A stretch of 28,728 nucleotides of DNA from Saprospiraceae bacterium (GTDB taxonomy: Bacteria; Bacteroidota; Bacteroidia; Chitinophagales; Saprospiraceae). Position numbers and translations under genes: made by a program. Under the pieces are notes generated by a model. That model did no database searches, had not been told where the DNA came from, and worked only from the letters and a program-made list of their open reading frames with translations. How positions within the stretch are numbered: the first letter of the stretch is position 1; every line of letters begins with the position of its first letter. Below are positions 26,377-28,728 of the stretch, piece by piece. The stretch is taken from NCBI GenBank assembly GCA_020627865.1, contig JAHDGC010000006.1, forward strand, positions 1 to 28,728, given 5' to 3'.

Positions 26377-27822
26377 ATGCAAAATAACATCTCCAATCAA
26401 CTATCTGCCCTCTTTCAAAAATGGAGTGGCAAAACCCCAGAACTCATCTTGCCCCTCGCGCCCTCCGGCTCCAACAGAAGATACTATCGCTTACAAGCGG
26501 CAGGCATCAGTGCCATTGGTTGCCATGGAAAGGAAGCGAAGGAGAATCTTGCCTTTGTGGAATTCAGCAAACATTTCAAGCAGCAGCAACTGGCCGTACC
26601 GGAGATTTATGCAACCGACCTAGAAAAAGGCATCTATCTTCAGGAAGACTTGGGCAGCACTACCCTTTTCAGTTTTTTGCTACAAAGAGGAAAAGACTTC
26701 TCGGAAAGTTTACTAAAGATGTACAAGAAAAGTGTGGAAGAACTCGCTCGGTTGCAAATCATAGGAGGACAAGATTTTCCGTATAAATATTGTTATCCAA
26801 GACCTGCTTTTGACAAGCAATCCATGCTTTGGGATTTCAATACCTTTAAATATTACTTCTTAAAATTGGCAGGGTTTACCTTTGATGAAGAAGCCCTTGA
26901 GAACGATTTTCACAAATTTGCGGATTATCTATTGAGCGCCGATTGCTCTCATTTCATGTTCCGAGATTTTCAATCTAGAAATATTATGATGAAAGCGGGT
27001 GCTCCTTTCTTTATTGATTATCAAGGCGGGCGGCAAGGTGCGTTGCAATATGATTTGGCATCTTTGTTATTTCAGGCTAGGGCGAACATGTCTTCGAATT
27101 TGCGGGAAACTTTATTGGAACATTATCTGGATACTGCTGAAAAATTGACAGCTATAAATCGGCCAGTATTTATTCGTTATTATTATGGTTTTGTATTGAT
27201 CCGCTGCATTCAGGTTTTGGGGAGTTATGGTTATCGGGGCTTGCATGAACGTAAGGAACATTTTATCAAGAGCATTCCTTTTGCGATTAAAAATCTGCAA
27301 TGGTTGTTGCCCCAATTACAGATGGATGTCGACATGCCGGAACTGAAAAGGGTGCTTACAGCCATCAGTCAAACGGATCACTTTGACAGTTTTGATCCGG
27401 AGAAAGGGGCAGCCAGTGTCCTTACTGTTTCTGTAAAAAGCTTCTCATACAAACAAGGTATACCCGGAGACCCATCCGGCAATGGTGGCGGCTTCGTTTT
27501 TGATTGTCGAGCGTTGCATAATCCCGGTCGTTATGAACCGTATAAAAAGTTAACGGGCCGGGATAAACCTGTTATCGAATTTTTACAAGGGCATAGCAAT
27601 ATCCAAAATTTCCTGAACAACATTTACTATATTGTTGATCCAGCTATTGAAAATTATATTGAAAGGAGTTTTACCAGTCTTTGTATCAACTTTGGTTGTA
27701 CGGGTGGGCAACATCGTTCTGTTTATTGTGCGGATGCCATGAAGCGACATATTGAACAAAAGTATGGGGTGGTTGTTAGATTGGAGCATGTGGTGCAAGA
27801 GCAGAAGGGTTGGAAAAACTAA
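26377..27822 (+). CDS. Fusion protein: N-terminal APH-fold sugar/small-molecule kinase (AmgK-like phosphotransferase) plus a C-terminal RapZ (YhbJ) C-terminal-like domain.
   Basis: N-terminus: LPLAPSGSNRRYYRL, the catalytic loop FRDFQSRNIMMK and FIDYQG match the phosphotransferase enzyme family. C-terminus: SFSYKQGIPGDP...FVFDCRALHNPG...LTGRDKPVIEFL...GCTGGQHRSVY is closely parallel to RapZ's C-terminal domain (SFGFKYGIP..VFDVRFLPNP..MTGLDKPV..GCTGGKHRSVY). Confidence 0.7.
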   Translation: MQNNISNQLSALFQKWSGKTPELILPLAPSGSNRRYYRLQAAGISAIGCHGKEAKENLAFVEFSKHFKQQQLAVPEIYATDLEKGIYLQEDLGSTTLFSFLLQRGKDFSESLLKMYKKSVEELARLQIIGGQDFPYKYCYPRPAFDKQSMLWDFNTFKYYFLKLAGFTFDEEALENDFHKFADYLLSADCSHFMFRDFQSRNIMMKAGAPFFIDYQGGRQGALQYDLASLLFQARANMSSNLRETLLEHYLDTAEKLTAINRPVFIRYYYGFVLIRCIQVLGSYGYRGLHERKEHFIKSIPFAIKNLQWLLPQLQMDVDMPELKRVLTAISQTDHFDSFDPEKGAASVLTVSVKSFSYKQGIPGDPSGNGGGFVFDCRALHNPGRYEPYKKLTGRDKPVIEFLQGHSNIQNFLNNIYYIVDPAIENYIERSFTSLCINFGCTGGQHRSVYCADAMKRHIEQKYGVVVRLEHVVQEQKGWKN

Positions 27823-27889
27823 GCGTAGAGATGAGAGAATAGAAACGGCTTTATCATAAAAGAATACTTATTCACATAAAACATTAACA

Positions 27890-28588
27890 ATGAATTTACA
27901 AAACAAAAAAATACTCATCACCGGAGGGAGTTCCGGTATTGGAAAAGCAACGGCTAAATTGCTGGTTGAGGCTGGGGCAAAAGTTGCAATTACAGGAAGA
28001 AACCCTGAAAAGTTGGATAAAGTTGCACAAGAAATTGGTGCCGTTCCGATTGCTTTTGACATTAGCAATTATGATGTATTGGAAGCAAAGGCAAAAGAAA
28101 CATTTGATGCACTTGGTGGGATTGATGCTTTGGTTAACAATGCTGGGATTGGCGAATTTGCCTTGTTAGGAGATGTCAAAGTCGAGATGTTTGAGAAGGT
28201 GTTTGCCACTAATGTTTTTGGACTGGCCATGCTTACGCAAGCGTTTGTCAAATATTTCAAAGAACAGAATCATGGGAATATTATCAATATTGCTTCTACA
28301 GCATCGCAAAAAGGTTTTGCCTATGGGACGGTTTATTCTGCCTCCAAATTTGCCTTGCGCAGTATGACGGAATGTTGGCGGACAGAGTTGCGTAAGTTCA
28401 ACATCCGGGTGATACAAATTAATCCTAGTGAGGTAACAACTGCTTTTGGGAATACGGATCGGGAGGAACGCCCCGAGGAAGTCAGAAAATTAAGGCCGAT
28501 AGAAATTGCGCATAGCATCAAGGCGGCTTTGGAGATGGATGCCCGTGGGTTTATTCCGGAGTTGACGGTTTGGGCGACGAATCCTTAA
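27890..28588 (+). CDS. SDR-family short-chain dehydrogenase/reductase.
   Basis: It has TGGSSGIGKA (Rossmann TGxxxGxG), NNAG and a catalytic YSASK. Confidence 0.85.
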   Translation: MNLQNKKILITGGSSGIGKATAKLLVEAGAKVAITGRNPEKLDKVAQEIGAVPIAFDISNYDVLEAKAKETFDALGGIDALVNNAGIGEFALLGDVKVEMFEKVFATNVFGLAMLTQAFVKYFKEQNHGNIINIASTASQKGFAYGTVYSASKFALRSMTECWRTELRKFNIRVIQINPSEVTTAFGNTDREERPEEVRKLRPIEIAHSIKAALEMDARGFIPELTVWATNP

Positions 28589-28611
28589 GGATATATGGTT
28601 TCGCAAAAACG

Positions 28612-28637
28612 TAGAGGCGCAATGCATTGCGCCTCTA
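28612..28637. repeat. Perfect 26-bp palindrome tagaggcgcaatgcattgcgcctcta, the third copy of the palindromic element family.
   Basis: It is self-complementary. Apart from an A/G and a T/C compensatory pair, it is the same element as 4982..5003. It lies 24 bp downstream of the SDR stop codon. Confidence 0.8.
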
Positions 28638-28728
28638 TAGGTGGCCGGATTAAAAACTAATAAGCTTAAAAAATTTTTTCAACCCCTGCCTGTTCCTGCG
28701 AACACGCAGGCAGGATTAAGGCATTAAG

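Noticed and set aside
28686-28716. Hairpin cctgcctgttcctgcg-aaca-cgcaggcagg at the window end.
   Set aside because: The stem-loop is real, but no U-tract follows and the window ends, so its context cannot be judged.

Overview
The window looks like a Bacteroidota chromosome segment: about 40% GC, a GLPGLI-family gene beside a CarboxypepD_reg-type outer-membrane barrel, no strong Shine-Dalgarno sites. The gene order is given below.

- 1..2941 (-): a 5'-partial secreted glycoside hydrolase with a GH–PKD–PKD–GH architecture. It is missed by the ORF track because it runs off the window edge.
- 3382..5611 (-): an NfeD/YqiJ–flotillin (SPFH) operon.
- 6142..12743 (+): a housekeeping block of a DUF2855-like protein, prs, rplY/ctc, a C-N hydrolase, an NlpC/P60 lipoprotein, adk and obg.
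- 12901..23396 (-): a co-directional block that I read as one RiPP-type system. In transcription order it holds a GLPGLI protein, a roughly 900-aa outer-membrane beta-barrel, two tandem 40-aa precursor peptides, an ATP-grasp ligase, a SPASM-domain protein, a C39-peptidase ABC exporter, an HlyD adaptor, a 57-aa double-glycine-leader peptide and a Cys-rich 140-aa protein.
- 23550..28588: two hypothetical proteins, an AmgK-like kinase fused to a RapZ C-terminal-like domain, and an SDR.

The precursors (MKNFEKFELNNSEVIFGG leader, Thr/Asp/Glu-rich core) were not in the ORF track. The SPASM-domain protein has no N-terminal radical-SAM CxxxCxxC motif. The ATP-grasp plus SPASM pairing matches the computationally defined 'grasp-with-spasm' family. 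Its product chemistry is, as far as I know, uncharacterised, and the linkage here to a second GG-leader peptide and a dedicated exporter is the most interesting part of the window.

Several small repeat families are also present. One is a 26-bp palindrome in three copies, one of which is expanded into a 4.5-copy tandem array. Another is a paired-hairpin motif flanking the NfeD gene, and two shorter repeats occur as well.

No tRNA, rRNA, CRISPR array or transposase was found.
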